Positions 49,302-57,677 of a stretch of 61,972 nt of DNA are shown here, one piece after another. The DNA is from Candidatus Woesearchaeota archaeon (GTDB taxonomy: Archaea; Nanobdellota; Nanobdellia; UBA10117; ARS21). Position numbers and translations under genes: made by a program. The stretch spans positions 1-61,972 of the forward strand of contig CAYFNR010000004.1 in NCBI GenBank assembly GCA_964344605.1, written 5' to 3'. The notes under the pieces were generated by a model. It saw only the letters and a list, made by a program, of their open reading frames with translations, searched no databases and was not told the origin of the DNA. The number at the start of each line of letters is the position of its first letter. Position 1 is the first letter of the stretch.

Positions 49302-49505
49302 TATTCTCAGCTTTAGCTCTTCCATCTCCTTAATTATTTGCGTATAATTTTTGTTTGATTCCGCCCATCTCTTAATTGCAGTACTAACAGCGTGAGACGG
49401 CCCCTGTTCAGGAGTGATAGCTGCTGCTTGATGCAAACCTGTTTCGGTGGCTAATCTATTTATTTCACGCACTCTTTCAAAATATTGTTTAGGAGTCCAA
49501 GGCAT
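49281..49505 (-). CDS. hypothetical protein, 74 aa
   Basis: ATG ORF, helical. Confidence 0.55.
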   Translation of the reverse strand: MPWTPKQYFERVREINRLATETGLHQAAAITPEQGPSHAVSTAIKRWAESNKNYTQIIKEMEELKLRILRESGY

Positions 49506-49565
49506 ACAAAGACCTTACTTTGGGAGAATAAAAATCTTTTTAGCTTCCACTTAAGTAGTAATTAC

Positions 49566-49691
49566 ATGGCAGAATGTGGTAAAGGAGTATGTGGTGGAAT
49601 CCATAACTGCTCTTTGGATGAAGAGCACGAAGGAAACTGTTACTGTCCTGTTTGCAAAGGATTTAGAAAACCTACAACAGAAAAAGAATAA
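49566..49691 (+). CDS. 41 aa Cys/His-rich small protein
   Basis: MAECGKGVCGGIHNCSLDEEHEGNCYCPVCKGFRKPTTEKE; inner ATG of ORF 49485. Confidence 0.6.
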   Translation: MAECGKGVCGGIHNCSLDEEHEGNCYCPVCKGFRKPTTEKE

Positions 49692-49757
49692 GCAAAAAAG
49701 TATATGATGTTTGCTTGCCTAAGTAACACTTATATATTTTCGAAATAATCGATATAC

Positions 49758-50492
49758 ATGAATGAGTTAGGTGCTTTATTTTTGATTGGTGCTATTTTTC
49801 TTACAATAATATTAATCAATGATATAAGAAACAAGAACTTCAGAAACATACCAAAATATTTTATTGTGGGTGGAATAGTAAGTGTTTTGGATATAATCAT
49901 AGAAACAATAGGTACATTTAATGGATTTTGGACATACAATGAGTCTTTCTATTTTTTATTCGGCACAGTTCCTATTGAACTGCCCTTGATGTTTTTTGTT
50001 GCGGGATCTATAGGAAAATGGATACATAACATAACCAAAAAGATACAATACAATCTACAGTTGAATATAATATTCTTTGCCTTAACTTTCTTAGGAACAA
50101 TTATCTATTTGAGATCCACTGTTCTGTTGGGAGTAAATGAGAATATAATTTTATTCACAGTTCCTGCGGCGTTATGGGGATTCCATACCATTAAAGAAGA
50201 TATTGACAAAGCAAGCGTTCTAATTGTTGCACTTTTTGTTTCACTTCTTGACTACATTACAGAGATAATTATAATTGGCAGGGGCAGCTATGCATATGCT
50301 GTTGGGTTCTCTCATTTGACTCCAATCAATTATGGCTTGCTCACTATAGCCTTTTTTGGTCTGATGGAAAGACTAGAAGTATTAGATAAACTACTTGATT
50401 ATCCTATTATTAAACAAATTATCCAAACCGCAGGGGTAAAAAGAAGAGAGTATTTCAGCAAGATTAAACGAAGGCTCCCAAGAAGAAAGTAG
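49758..50492 (+). CDS. polytopic membrane protein with two related halves
   Basis: About 7 TM segments; repeated D.I.E..G...G.(W/Y).Y pattern. Confidence 0.75.
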   Translation: MNELGALFLIGAIFLTIILINDIRNKNFRNIPKYFIVGGIVSVLDIIIETIGTFNGFWTYNESFYFLFGTVPIELPLMFFVAGSIGKWIHNITKKIQYNLQLNIIFFALTFLGTIIYLRSTVLLGVNENIILFTVPAALWGFHTIKEDIDKASVLIVALFVSLLDYITEIIIIGRGSYAYAVGFSHLTPINYGLLTIAFFGLMERLEVLDKLLDYPIIKQIIQTAGVKRREYFSKIKRRLPRRK

Positions 50493-50717
50493 TTATTTTT
50501 TAGATAGCTTATTTATTTTTCTTTCAATTCTTGTTAAATCAGACTGCATTTTTGAAACAATCTCTAGCTTCTTTCGGTTTATAACTAAATTTACAACTGC
50601 AAAAATTAACCAAACAACAATAACAAGTCCAAGTGCTTGCAACCAAAGCCCAATCTTCCCTAACTCAGTAAAAAGTAAAGTCGCAACTTCTGCGGAAACA
50701 TTAATCGGGTCAACCAT
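50493..50717 (-). CDS. small single-TM + coiled-coil protein
   Basis: TM segment followed by MQSDLTRIERKINKL. Confidence 0.7.
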   Translation of the reverse strand: MVDPINVSAEVATLLFTELGKIGLWLQALGLVIVVWLIFAVVNLVINRKKLEIVSKMQSDLTRIERKINKLSKK

Positions 50718-50756
50718 GATTAATTAAAACAATAGAAGTATTTAAATTTAAAGGTA

Positions 50757-50831
50757 TGCCCCCTGCGGGATTTGAACCCACGTCACGTGGCTGAGAACCA
50801 CGTATGATTGACCGGACTACACCAAAGGGGC
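50757..50831 (-). tRNA. tRNA-Glu(CTC)
   Basis: CGTGG-TTCTCAG-CCACG anticodon arm. Confidence 0.95.
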
Positions 50832-50964
50832 AGTAGAAAATAAACTGAAAAGCTGCCTTTTAAGGGTTGCGGTAGAGAAACTTTCTAAAACTAAATACAA
50901 AGACAAAAAAAGTCTAACATAAAAAACTGTTGTATGGGCTATTTCCCGGGTATCCTATCTCTTC

Positions 50965-51051
50965 CTACTTTAGGAAGAACCACCATAGGAGAAGTAGAAC
51001 AACGACGAGTCCTACCCATACTCTCCAGTCTTTTAGATTTAATCCAGCCAT
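50965..51051 (-). CDS. 28 aa single-TM micropeptide (not in ORF track)
   Basis: MAGLNLKDWRVWVGLVVVLLLLWWFFLK*; TTTAAAA box about 30 nt upstream (leaderless-like). Confidence 0.6.
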   Translation of the reverse strand: MAGLNLKDWRVWVGLVVVLLLLWWFFLK

Positions 51052-51109
51052 AATAACACATTAAAGTATGTGCTGTATTTTAAAGGTTTCGGAAAGCAGT
51101 TGCCACTTC

Positions 51110-52168
51110 TCAATAAAAATCGACATCTAATTTTTCAGCAAATTTGTATGCTTTAGTGACATTAAGTAATGAGAATATATTATCCATGATGAAGTCCGGG
51201 CACGATTGCCACAATTTATGTATTATAATGCCTCTTATGATAGGTAATCTAAACTTTGAATGGGCCTTTTTCTGGTATATCTTCTTGAGGAACTTTTCAT
51301 TGTATGTCTCAGACTCCAAGGCAACCGCGGCAGCATGAGCGCATAATTGCGAAGCTATTAGAGAGTAAGTTATTCCTCCCCCACTGAAAGGTTTTACTTG
51401 TGATGCTGCATCTCCAATCAGCAAAACTCTATCTGAAACTATTTTATTCTGATACTTGCACTTTATTGCTCCACTTACATCTGGTTTTGGAACATATCCT
51501 AGTTTGGATTTGGTAAAATCTTTGTAGTATTTGTAAGCACTGTGTTTGGTTGCTAACCCAATTCTAGCTCTCTTTTTGTTTATTGGAACAAACCAGGCAA
51601 AATATTTGGGAGCCACCTTAGATCCGAAATGAAGTTCTGCAAAACTGTCGTCGAATTTGCCCCCAACCGTAGACTGTATTCCAAAGAATTGCGCTTTAGA
51701 ATCTAGGCCACAAGACCTTGCCACTTCAGATTGAGGACCGTCTGCGCCAATGAGAAGCTTTGCCTTTAACTTTCCTTTGGAAGTACTGACCTCAATATGA
51801 TCTCTTCTCAACTTTTTACTTTTGAATGTTACTCCTGGTTTAATTTCAACCCCGGCTTTCTTAGCACGTTTAATCAAATAACCATCTAATTTTCCACGAT
51901 CCATTACTAAAAATTCTGAAGCATTTAGGTAAAAATTCTTTTTGTTTGGAGAATAGAACTTGGCTTTGGAAATTTTGTTGTATCTGTACCGTTTTGGAAA
52001 ATCAGGTAATAATTCTAAAAATCTGTGACTTACAAATCCAGTACACTGAATAGGATTATTTATTTCTATGCGACTGTCAATCAAAAGAACTTTTGCTCCT
52101 TTATCTGCTAAAAGTTCTGCGGTTCTTGCTCCAGCAACTCTGCCACCCACAACAACTGCATCATACAT
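51110..52168 (-). CDS. geranylgeranyl reductase-family FAD oxidoreductase
   Basis: VVVGG Rossmann start, QCTG, IGADG, YFAWFVP, LIGDAASQVKPFSGGGI. Confidence 0.88.
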   Translation of the reverse strand: MYDAVVVGGRVAGARTAELLADKGAKVLLIDSRIEINNPIQCTGFVSHRFLELLPDFPKRYRYNKISKAKFYSPNKKNFYLNASEFLVMDRGKLDGYLIKRAKKAGVEIKPGVTFKSKKLRRDHIEVSTSKGKLKAKLLIGADGPQSEVARSCGLDSKAQFFGIQSTVGGKFDDSFAELHFGSKVAPKYFAWFVPINKKRARIGLATKHSAYKYYKDFTKSKLGYVPKPDVSGAIKCKYQNKIVSDRVLLIGDAASQVKPFSGGGITYSLIASQLCAHAAAVALESETYNEKFLKKIYQKKAHSKFRLPIIRGIIIHKLWQSCPDFIMDNIFSLLNVTKAYKFAEKLDVDFY

Positions 52169-52233
52169 GATTGCTCAAAAGAGTGGTCAATACTTAAAAA
52201 ACTAACCTATCGGCCCTAAAAAAATAAGTGTAA

Positions 52234-52254
52234 GAGGACGTTCGGTACGCCCTC
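52234..52254 (-). terminator. GC-rich 8-bp hairpin followed by a T-tract, downstream of tRNA-Arg
   Basis: GAGGGCGT-ACCGA-ACGTCCTC then TTACACTTATTTTTTT on the minus strand. Confidence 0.45.
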
Positions 52255-52258
52255 AGCA

Positions 52259-52358
52259 CGGGCCTAGGAGGATTTTCATGCTTCCCAGAAGGTGAGCTTT
52301 TGAACCCCCACCGACCGGGCCGAAACCGGTCGCACTATCCAAGTTATGCTATAGGCCC
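52259..52358 (-). tRNA. tRNA-Arg(TCG) with 26-nt non-canonical intron at 59/60 (52273-52298)
   Basis: ACCGG-TTTCGGC-CCGGT anticodon arm; T-arm GGGGG-TTCAAA|intron|T-CCTCC; TTCA/TGAA central helix. Confidence 0.88.
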
Positions 52359-52428
52359 ATAAATTACAAGGGCTTTTATGGATTTAAAAAGATGATGTTT
52401 TAAATATTACTACTAAATATGTACTAAA

Positions 52429-52704
52429 ATGGACACATATTATTTTATCATACCTTTTGTTAATGTCGACACAGAAGAAGTCAAACGGGCTAAGGATTCT
52501 TTGGGAATTTCTTTGGAAAGCCTTGTTTTTCTTTTAGAAAATGAATTTAGTAAACTTAAATTAAGATTTAAAGGTGATAAAGACTCAGAGTATAGTTTGG
52601 ACCAAATTGAAAATATGATTCGCGGAGGACCGCATTATTATATTTTTGATTCTGAGAGTAAGAAAAGAATTTTAGAAATCTACAAAAGACGAAGTAAAGA
52701 TTAA
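52429..52704 (+). CDS. hypothetical protein, 91 aa
   Basis: ATG ORF after a TTTAAA box. Confidence 0.6.
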   Translation: MDTYYFIIPFVNVDTEEVKRAKDSLGISLESLVFLLENEFSKLKLRFKGDKDSEYSLDQIENMIRGGPHYYIFDSESKKRILEIYKRRSKD

Positions 52705-53072
52705 GGACTTATTCTCCTTGGAGTCCTAGGAAAAGCTATACAATCTTAAAAGGCTTAGAACAGTATATTGAAAAAATCGGCTTGAGTATTGAAGTAATAG
52801 CTGCTCAAAGCTCCGAGGCAAGTATAACTTCAGAGGTAGATAGACCTTTTGTGAGCAAAGCTGCTGAGGCTTGTTTGTATGGGTTTAGTAAGGAAACTTT
52901 GTATGTGGGTTGTAGGCGGTTCAATTGAGTCTATACTTCCGCTTCAAAGGGTGTTCCCACACGTTACAATGATTCTTCTAGCGCAGAGCTTAATGTCTGA
53001 TGGCTATCATACACCAACGAGGAGTTCCAGTTCAAACAAGCTGTTAATGGAATAAAAGCTATTGCCAAATAG
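52704..53072 (+). pseudogene. C-terminal remnant of an M20-family dipeptidase, two frameshifts
   Basis: Stitched translation ...YVGC/GGSIESILPLQRVFP...MSDGYHTP/(N)EEFQFKQAVNGIKAIAK* resembles the GGSI...HxPNE terminus of M20 peptidases. Confidence 0.65.
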
Positions 53073-53304
53073 TTAAGTTCGATTGATGATTTAGAGAGTT
53101 GTTTTAGACTCTTGGAAATCTTTATAAATCCCTAAGGGCAAATATTTTTATGAAGATTGAGGACACTCAAAGCGTAGAATCAGTTGAAGCAACCAAAGGT
53201 TTAACGGAATTAGGTGAGTGCCCCAATCCACAGTGAAACCTTTTTAAACAGCACTGTCCTACATTATTTTTACTGTCTAATTAAGACAAAGTTAATTAGG
53301 CAAT

Positions 53305-53412
53305 GCCTGGGTAGCTTAGTAGGTAGAGCGTACGGCTGTTATCACAACGAGCTCCACGGAACTTGCTGTGTAAGTAACCGTGAGGTCGGAGGTTCGAGTC
53401 CTCCCCCAGGCG
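53305..53412 (+). tRNA. tRNA-Asn(GTT) with 35-nt intron at 37/38 (53342-53376)
   Basis: GCCTGGG acceptor stem; TACGG-CTGTTA|intron|A-CCGTG; AGGTC variable loop; TTCGAGT T-loop. Confidence 0.9.
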
Positions 53413-53421
53413 CTTATAAAC

Positions 53422-53706
53422 ATGAAAGTAGACAAGAATTTGGTTGATAGGGTAGCTAGGATTGCTCGAATTAATCTTAGTGAAAAAGAGAAGCAGAAAT
53501 TTGCTGGAGACCTAATGGACGTTCTTAAAGCGTTTTCTATTATAAATAAGGTAGATACAAGTAATATGTCTATGAGTTTGCAACCAATTACCTTGCTTGC
53601 TAAGTACAATGAGGATATACTAACAAAATGTCTTACTCAAAAAGATGCTTTGGCAAACACGAAACATAAAGAGAAAGGATATTTTAAAGGCCCAAGATTG
53701 AAATGA
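53422..53706 (+). CDS. gatC: Asp-tRNA(Asn) amidotransferase subunit C (set 1)
   Basis: RVARIARINL, ALAN, GYFKGP; true ATG is 9 nt after the tRNA. Confidence 0.9.
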   Translation: MKVDKNLVDRVARIARINLSEKEKQKFAGDLMDVLKAFSIINKVDTSNMSMSLQPITLLAKYNEDILTKCLTQKDALANTKHKEKGYFKGPRLK

Positions 53707-55025
53707 AAAAGGTTAGTGATGAAGCTAAAGAACTCAACGAAAGATACGGTTGTTTTATTACTATTGCCAGCAAATGGCAGTATAAAAAAGGCCCATTATC
53801 AAAGTATATTATCGCTGTAAAAGATAACATTAGTACAAAAGGCATACGAACTACCGCAGGTAGTAAGATACTTGAAGGCTATGTGCCTGTTTTTGATGCA
53901 ACTGCCATTACTAAAATCAAAGAAGCAGGAGGTAGGATCATTGGAAAATGTTCTATGGACAATTTTGGATTTGGGACCTTCTCAATGAATACTGATTTTT
54001 CCGTACCTAAAAACCCATATGATATAAGCAGGAGTGCTGGAGGAAGCTCTGGTGGCGTAGCTGCTTATGTTGCTGCATCCAAATTTAAAGTACTTGGTTT
54101 GGGGCAATCTACGGGTGGCTCTATATCCTGTCCTGCTGCTTTTTGTGGAGTAGTCGGATTGACTCCCACATATGGTTTAGTTTCCAGATATGGACTGATT
54201 GACTACTCAAACTCTATGGATAAGATAGGATGTATAACAAAAACTGTTGTGGATGCTGCACTTTTGTTGTCAGTAATTGCAGGTTATGACCCAGCAGATT
54301 CTACTTCAATAAAACGAAGAAAGATAGATTACAGAAAAGCATGCGGTAAAACGTTGAAGGGGGTAAAGATCGGTGTACCTAAGGAATATTTTGTTGATAT
54401 AGATAATAATATTAAATCAGCAACTGAAAAAGCCATAGCAGAGTTGAAACTACTGGGTGCTACTGTGCGCAAGGTATCCTTACCAACGACTAAGTATGCT
54501 CTTGCTGCATATTACATCATTGCCACTGCTGAGGCCTCGACTAACTTAGCAAAATACTCTGGAATGCGTTATGGCTTGGAATTACCCCTCGACTCTCCAT
54601 TCAATGAGTATTTTTCAAAAGTACGTGCTACAGGTTTCGGTGAAGAAGCAAAGCGCAGAATAATATTAGGCACCTTCGCTCGCATGGCTGGGTATAAAGA
54701 CGCCTATTACTTTAAGGCTCTAAAAGTACGTACGAAGGTCATTGAGGACTTCAAAAAAGCATTCAGGTCAGTTGATGTAATTGCTGCACCAACAATGCCA
54801 ATAATAGCTCCAAAATTCTCTGATATAGAGAAAATGTCGCCTATACAACAGTATAATATAGACAAACTCACTTGCCCTTCGAATTTGGCGGGTTTACCAC
54901 AGGTATCCATACCTTGTGGAACAGTAAAATCTATGCCCATCGGCTTACATTTGCTAGCAAATCACTTTGAGGAAGAGAAATTAATTCGTGTGGGATCAGC
55001 TTTTGAAGCTAGGAGAGCAAAATGA
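53703..55025 (+). CDS. gatA: amidotransferase subunit A (set 1)
   Basis: AVKDNI, GGSSGG, STGGSISCPA amidase signature. Confidence 0.93.
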   Translation: MKKVSDEAKELNERYGCFITIASKWQYKKGPLSKYIIAVKDNISTKGIRTTAGSKILEGYVPVFDATAITKIKEAGGRIIGKCSMDNFGFGTFSMNTDFSVPKNPYDISRSAGGSSGGVAAYVAASKFKVLGLGQSTGGSISCPAAFCGVVGLTPTYGLVSRYGLIDYSNSMDKIGCITKTVVDAALLLSVIAGYDPADSTSIKRRKIDYRKACGKTLKGVKIGVPKEYFVDIDNNIKSATEKAIAELKLLGATVRKVSLPTTKYALAAYYIIATAEASTNLAKYSGMRYGLELPLDSPFNEYFSKVRATGFGEEAKRRIILGTFARMAGYKDAYYFKALKVRTKVIEDFKKAFRSVDVIAAPTMPIIAPKFSDIEKMSPIQQYNIDKLTCPSNLAGLPQVSIPCGTVKSMPIGLHLLANHFEEEKLIRVGSAFEARRAK

Positions 55026-56413
55026 GTGATATAAGAGGAAAAATTGGTCTGGAAATCCATGTGCAGCTTGCTACTAAGACAAAGCTCTTTTGCGGGTGCT
55101 CAACAAATGCGGATAAGCCAAACACAGCAACATGTCCAATATGCCTAGGTATGCCTGGAGCCAAGCCGGTTTTGAACAAGAAAGTCATTAAGTTAGCCAC
55201 GAAGCTAGCCTCAGCTTTTGGCAGCTCGGTGCAAAATGAAATGGCATTCTCAAGAAAGACATATTTTTATCCAGATATGTCAAAAAATTACCAAATTACT
55301 CAATACGAAAAGCCATTGGCTCTGGGTGGTTTTCTTAAAGTAGGTAAAAAGAAAATCCACATACGTAGAATACACATAGAAGAAGATCCTGCAAGTTTAA
55401 AACATCCTGGTGGTATAGGTGAGTCAAATTTTGTTCTTGCAGATTACAATCGCTCTGGCATACCTCTAGTTGAGATTGTTACAGAACCAGATATAGAAAC
55501 CCCCTATGAAGCGCGAGCATTTATAACCAGCCTGCTTAATGTTTTAGGGTATTTACATGTTTATGACCCACATAATTTTAGTCTAAGAGCGGATGTAAAT
55601 GTATCTTTGAAAGGAGGACAACCAGTTGAGATTAAGGAAATAACGGGCTCCAAAGAGATAGAAAAAGCTATCGCCTTTGAAATCGTTCGGCAAGAAAGCT
55701 TGCTTAAGAGTGGTATAAAAATCGAGAAGCAAACTCGTCACTATAGTACAGATACTGGTTCAACTGAGTTGATGCGAACAAAGGAGACTGAAGAAGAGTA
55801 TGGATATATATTTGATGCTGATTTGCCTGTGTTTAAGATAGATAAAAAATTGGTTGAGAGTATCAGAAAATCCTTGCCTGAACTACCTTATCAAAGACTG
55901 CAGAGGCTCAAGATACAGTATAATCTTACTGAAACTATCGCTGAGCAAATTGTTGTTGATAAAGACCTCGCAGATTGCTTTGAATTAGTTGCAAAACATA
56001 TAAGTAGCAAGCTAGTAGCAAGTTGGTTTACAGGATATCTGAGAAAAACATTAAGCTACAACTCACTTAGTTTTAAAGAAACAGGGCTCAATGCCAAGCA
56101 CATGCTAAATTTTATGGGCTTAGTTAAAGAACACGCAGTTACAGACCGTGGCGGTGAGATGCTTCTAAGAAAATTGGTGCTAGAGCCTCAAAATCCACGA
56201 CAGCTTGCCAGCAAATTAAAGATTCTAAAGATATCCGAAGCAGAACTAAGAAAGATTGTTTTGAGGATTTTAAATGAGAATAAAAAAGCCGCCGAAGACT
56301 ACAAATCTGGAGAATCTAAAGCCTTGCAATTCCTCATTGGCCAAACTATGCGAAGGACAGGCGGCAGGGCCGATGCGAAAATTGTTGGTAAACTAATTGA
56401 AAATATGATTTGA
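55022..56413 (+). CDS. gatB: amidotransferase subunit B (set 1)
   Basis: IGLEIHVQL, SRKTYFYPD, HIEED, DYNRSGIPLVEIVTEP. Confidence 0.95.
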   Translation: MSDIRGKIGLEIHVQLATKTKLFCGCSTNADKPNTATCPICLGMPGAKPVLNKKVIKLATKLASAFGSSVQNEMAFSRKTYFYPDMSKNYQITQYEKPLALGGFLKVGKKKIHIRRIHIEEDPASLKHPGGIGESNFVLADYNRSGIPLVEIVTEPDIETPYEARAFITSLLNVLGYLHVYDPHNFSLRADVNVSLKGGQPVEIKEITGSKEIEKAIAFEIVRQESLLKSGIKIEKQTRHYSTDTGSTELMRTKETEEEYGYIFDADLPVFKIDKKLVESIRKSLPELPYQRLQRLKIQYNLTETIAEQIVVDKDLADCFELVAKHISSKLVASWFTGYLRKTLSYNSLSFKETGLNAKHMLNFMGLVKEHAVTDRGGEMLLRKLVLEPQNPRQLASKLKILKISEAELRKIVLRILNENKKAAEDYKSGESKALQFLIGQTMRRTGGRADAKIVGKLIENMI

Positions 56414-56545
56414 AACTCCACATAAAAAGTTTTCATCAAAGTTTATTGACTGTGCAACTCAGCTGCTTCGCAGTTTCAAATCAAGTATGCTAGACTAAGC
56501 CCTATAAACCAAAAAACTTATAAAGGTTAGATTAAGCACCACCCC

Positions 56546-57667
56546 ATGACAAAAGAAGTTGTTACATTGGTCACAGGTGGTACTATCGATACTCGCAAGA
56601 CCCCATCAGGCACAAGGGAGCTTGCCAACTTAGCTCCACAAGGTGGGGAAGATTTCCCTTACGGATATGACAAAACTGGAAATCCTATACGAATAGATAG
56701 CTCTGACTTGTATGGCCCATACCACTGGCCAAAATTAGCTAAGCGTGCTATAGAATACCTCAACGATAACAATGTGGGTGGAATAGTAATAACCTACGGA
56801 ACAGATACGATGACTCGAACTGCTCAATTCCTTCAGCTCGCATTGAGGGACCTTACAAAGCCTGTAATAATTACTGGTGCTCAACGCGGTCAAGATGAAC
56901 CACTGAGCGACGGTGAAGGAAATAAATTAGCTGCTATGCTAGCTGCCAAAAAGATAGAAAGTGGCCTTGTGGGATTAGTATTTAATGATTTGGGGGGTGG
57001 CCGATTTGGTGGCTTATACATTAGTTTGGATGATCAAAGAGAACCTTGTGTAAATTTCCGAGTAATGAACCCGGAAAACTCCAGCAAGGAAAACCATGAA
57101 GCCGTTACTCCTTTTAAGACCCGAAGACCGGATTATGGAGAAGTTACTGCTGATGGTCACTTTGAACTATACGATGAAAATTTACCAAATGTTGGAGTTA
57201 ACTCTAAATCAGATACGTGGTTCGATGATAAGTGGAATTGGAATGTTGATACTATTAGAGTAGATCCAACAATGACTTCTGCAAAGCTTAAGAAAAGATT
57301 ACAAGATCTTGACGGAGTAGTCTTGGAAGGACTAGGAGCAGGTCACTTCCGAGCAGATGAAAATTCTTTGGGAAATATTGACTCATTATTGGACCCAGTC
57401 AGAGATTTCAATGGCCCTATAATAATGACTTCAGAGGCAGATGGAACAGTTTCTCCTAGTTTATATGGTATTGCTAAAGTTATGTATAGCAACTGCCCAA
57501 ACTTAATACCGGGTGGTGACCTTAGACCAGAAAATGCTGAATTGCGTCTAATGTATCTTTTGGGACATGGATTGGTCACCAGTGATATAAAGAAAAAGAT
57601 AGGTGGCAGATATAAGGGACATACTATTTTGACTCTTCCATTTGAAGAAATACATAAAAGAATTTAA
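56546..57667 (+). CDS. L-asparaginase (AnsA/GatD-like domain, divergent)
   Basis: TGGTI, YGTDTM, TGAQR...SDG, VLEGLGAG, GDLRPE. Confidence 0.8.
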   Translation: MTKEVVTLVTGGTIDTRKTPSGTRELANLAPQGGEDFPYGYDKTGNPIRIDSSDLYGPYHWPKLAKRAIEYLNDNNVGGIVITYGTDTMTRTAQFLQLALRDLTKPVIITGAQRGQDEPLSDGEGNKLAAMLAAKKIESGLVGLVFNDLGGGRFGGLYISLDDQREPCVNFRVMNPENSSKENHEAVTPFKTRRPDYGEVTADGHFELYDENLPNVGVNSKSDTWFDDKWNWNVDTIRVDPTMTSAKLKKRLQDLDGVVLEGLGAGHFRADENSLGNIDSLLDPVRDFNGPIIMTSEADGTVSPSLYGIAKVMYSNCPNLIPGGDLRPENAELRLMYLLGHGLVTSDIKKKIGGRYKGHTILTLPFEEIHKRI

Positions 57668-57677
57668 ATTAGATTTA

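Noticed and set aside
53150-53236. 28 aa ORF MKIEDTQSVESVEATKGLTELGECPNPQ
   Set aside because: Too short, no SD, and ends at what might be a broken Zn-finger; cannot be supported as a gene.
53380-53421. ORF-track start of gatC at 53380
   Set aside because: It lies inside tRNA-Asn; the real start is ATG 53422.
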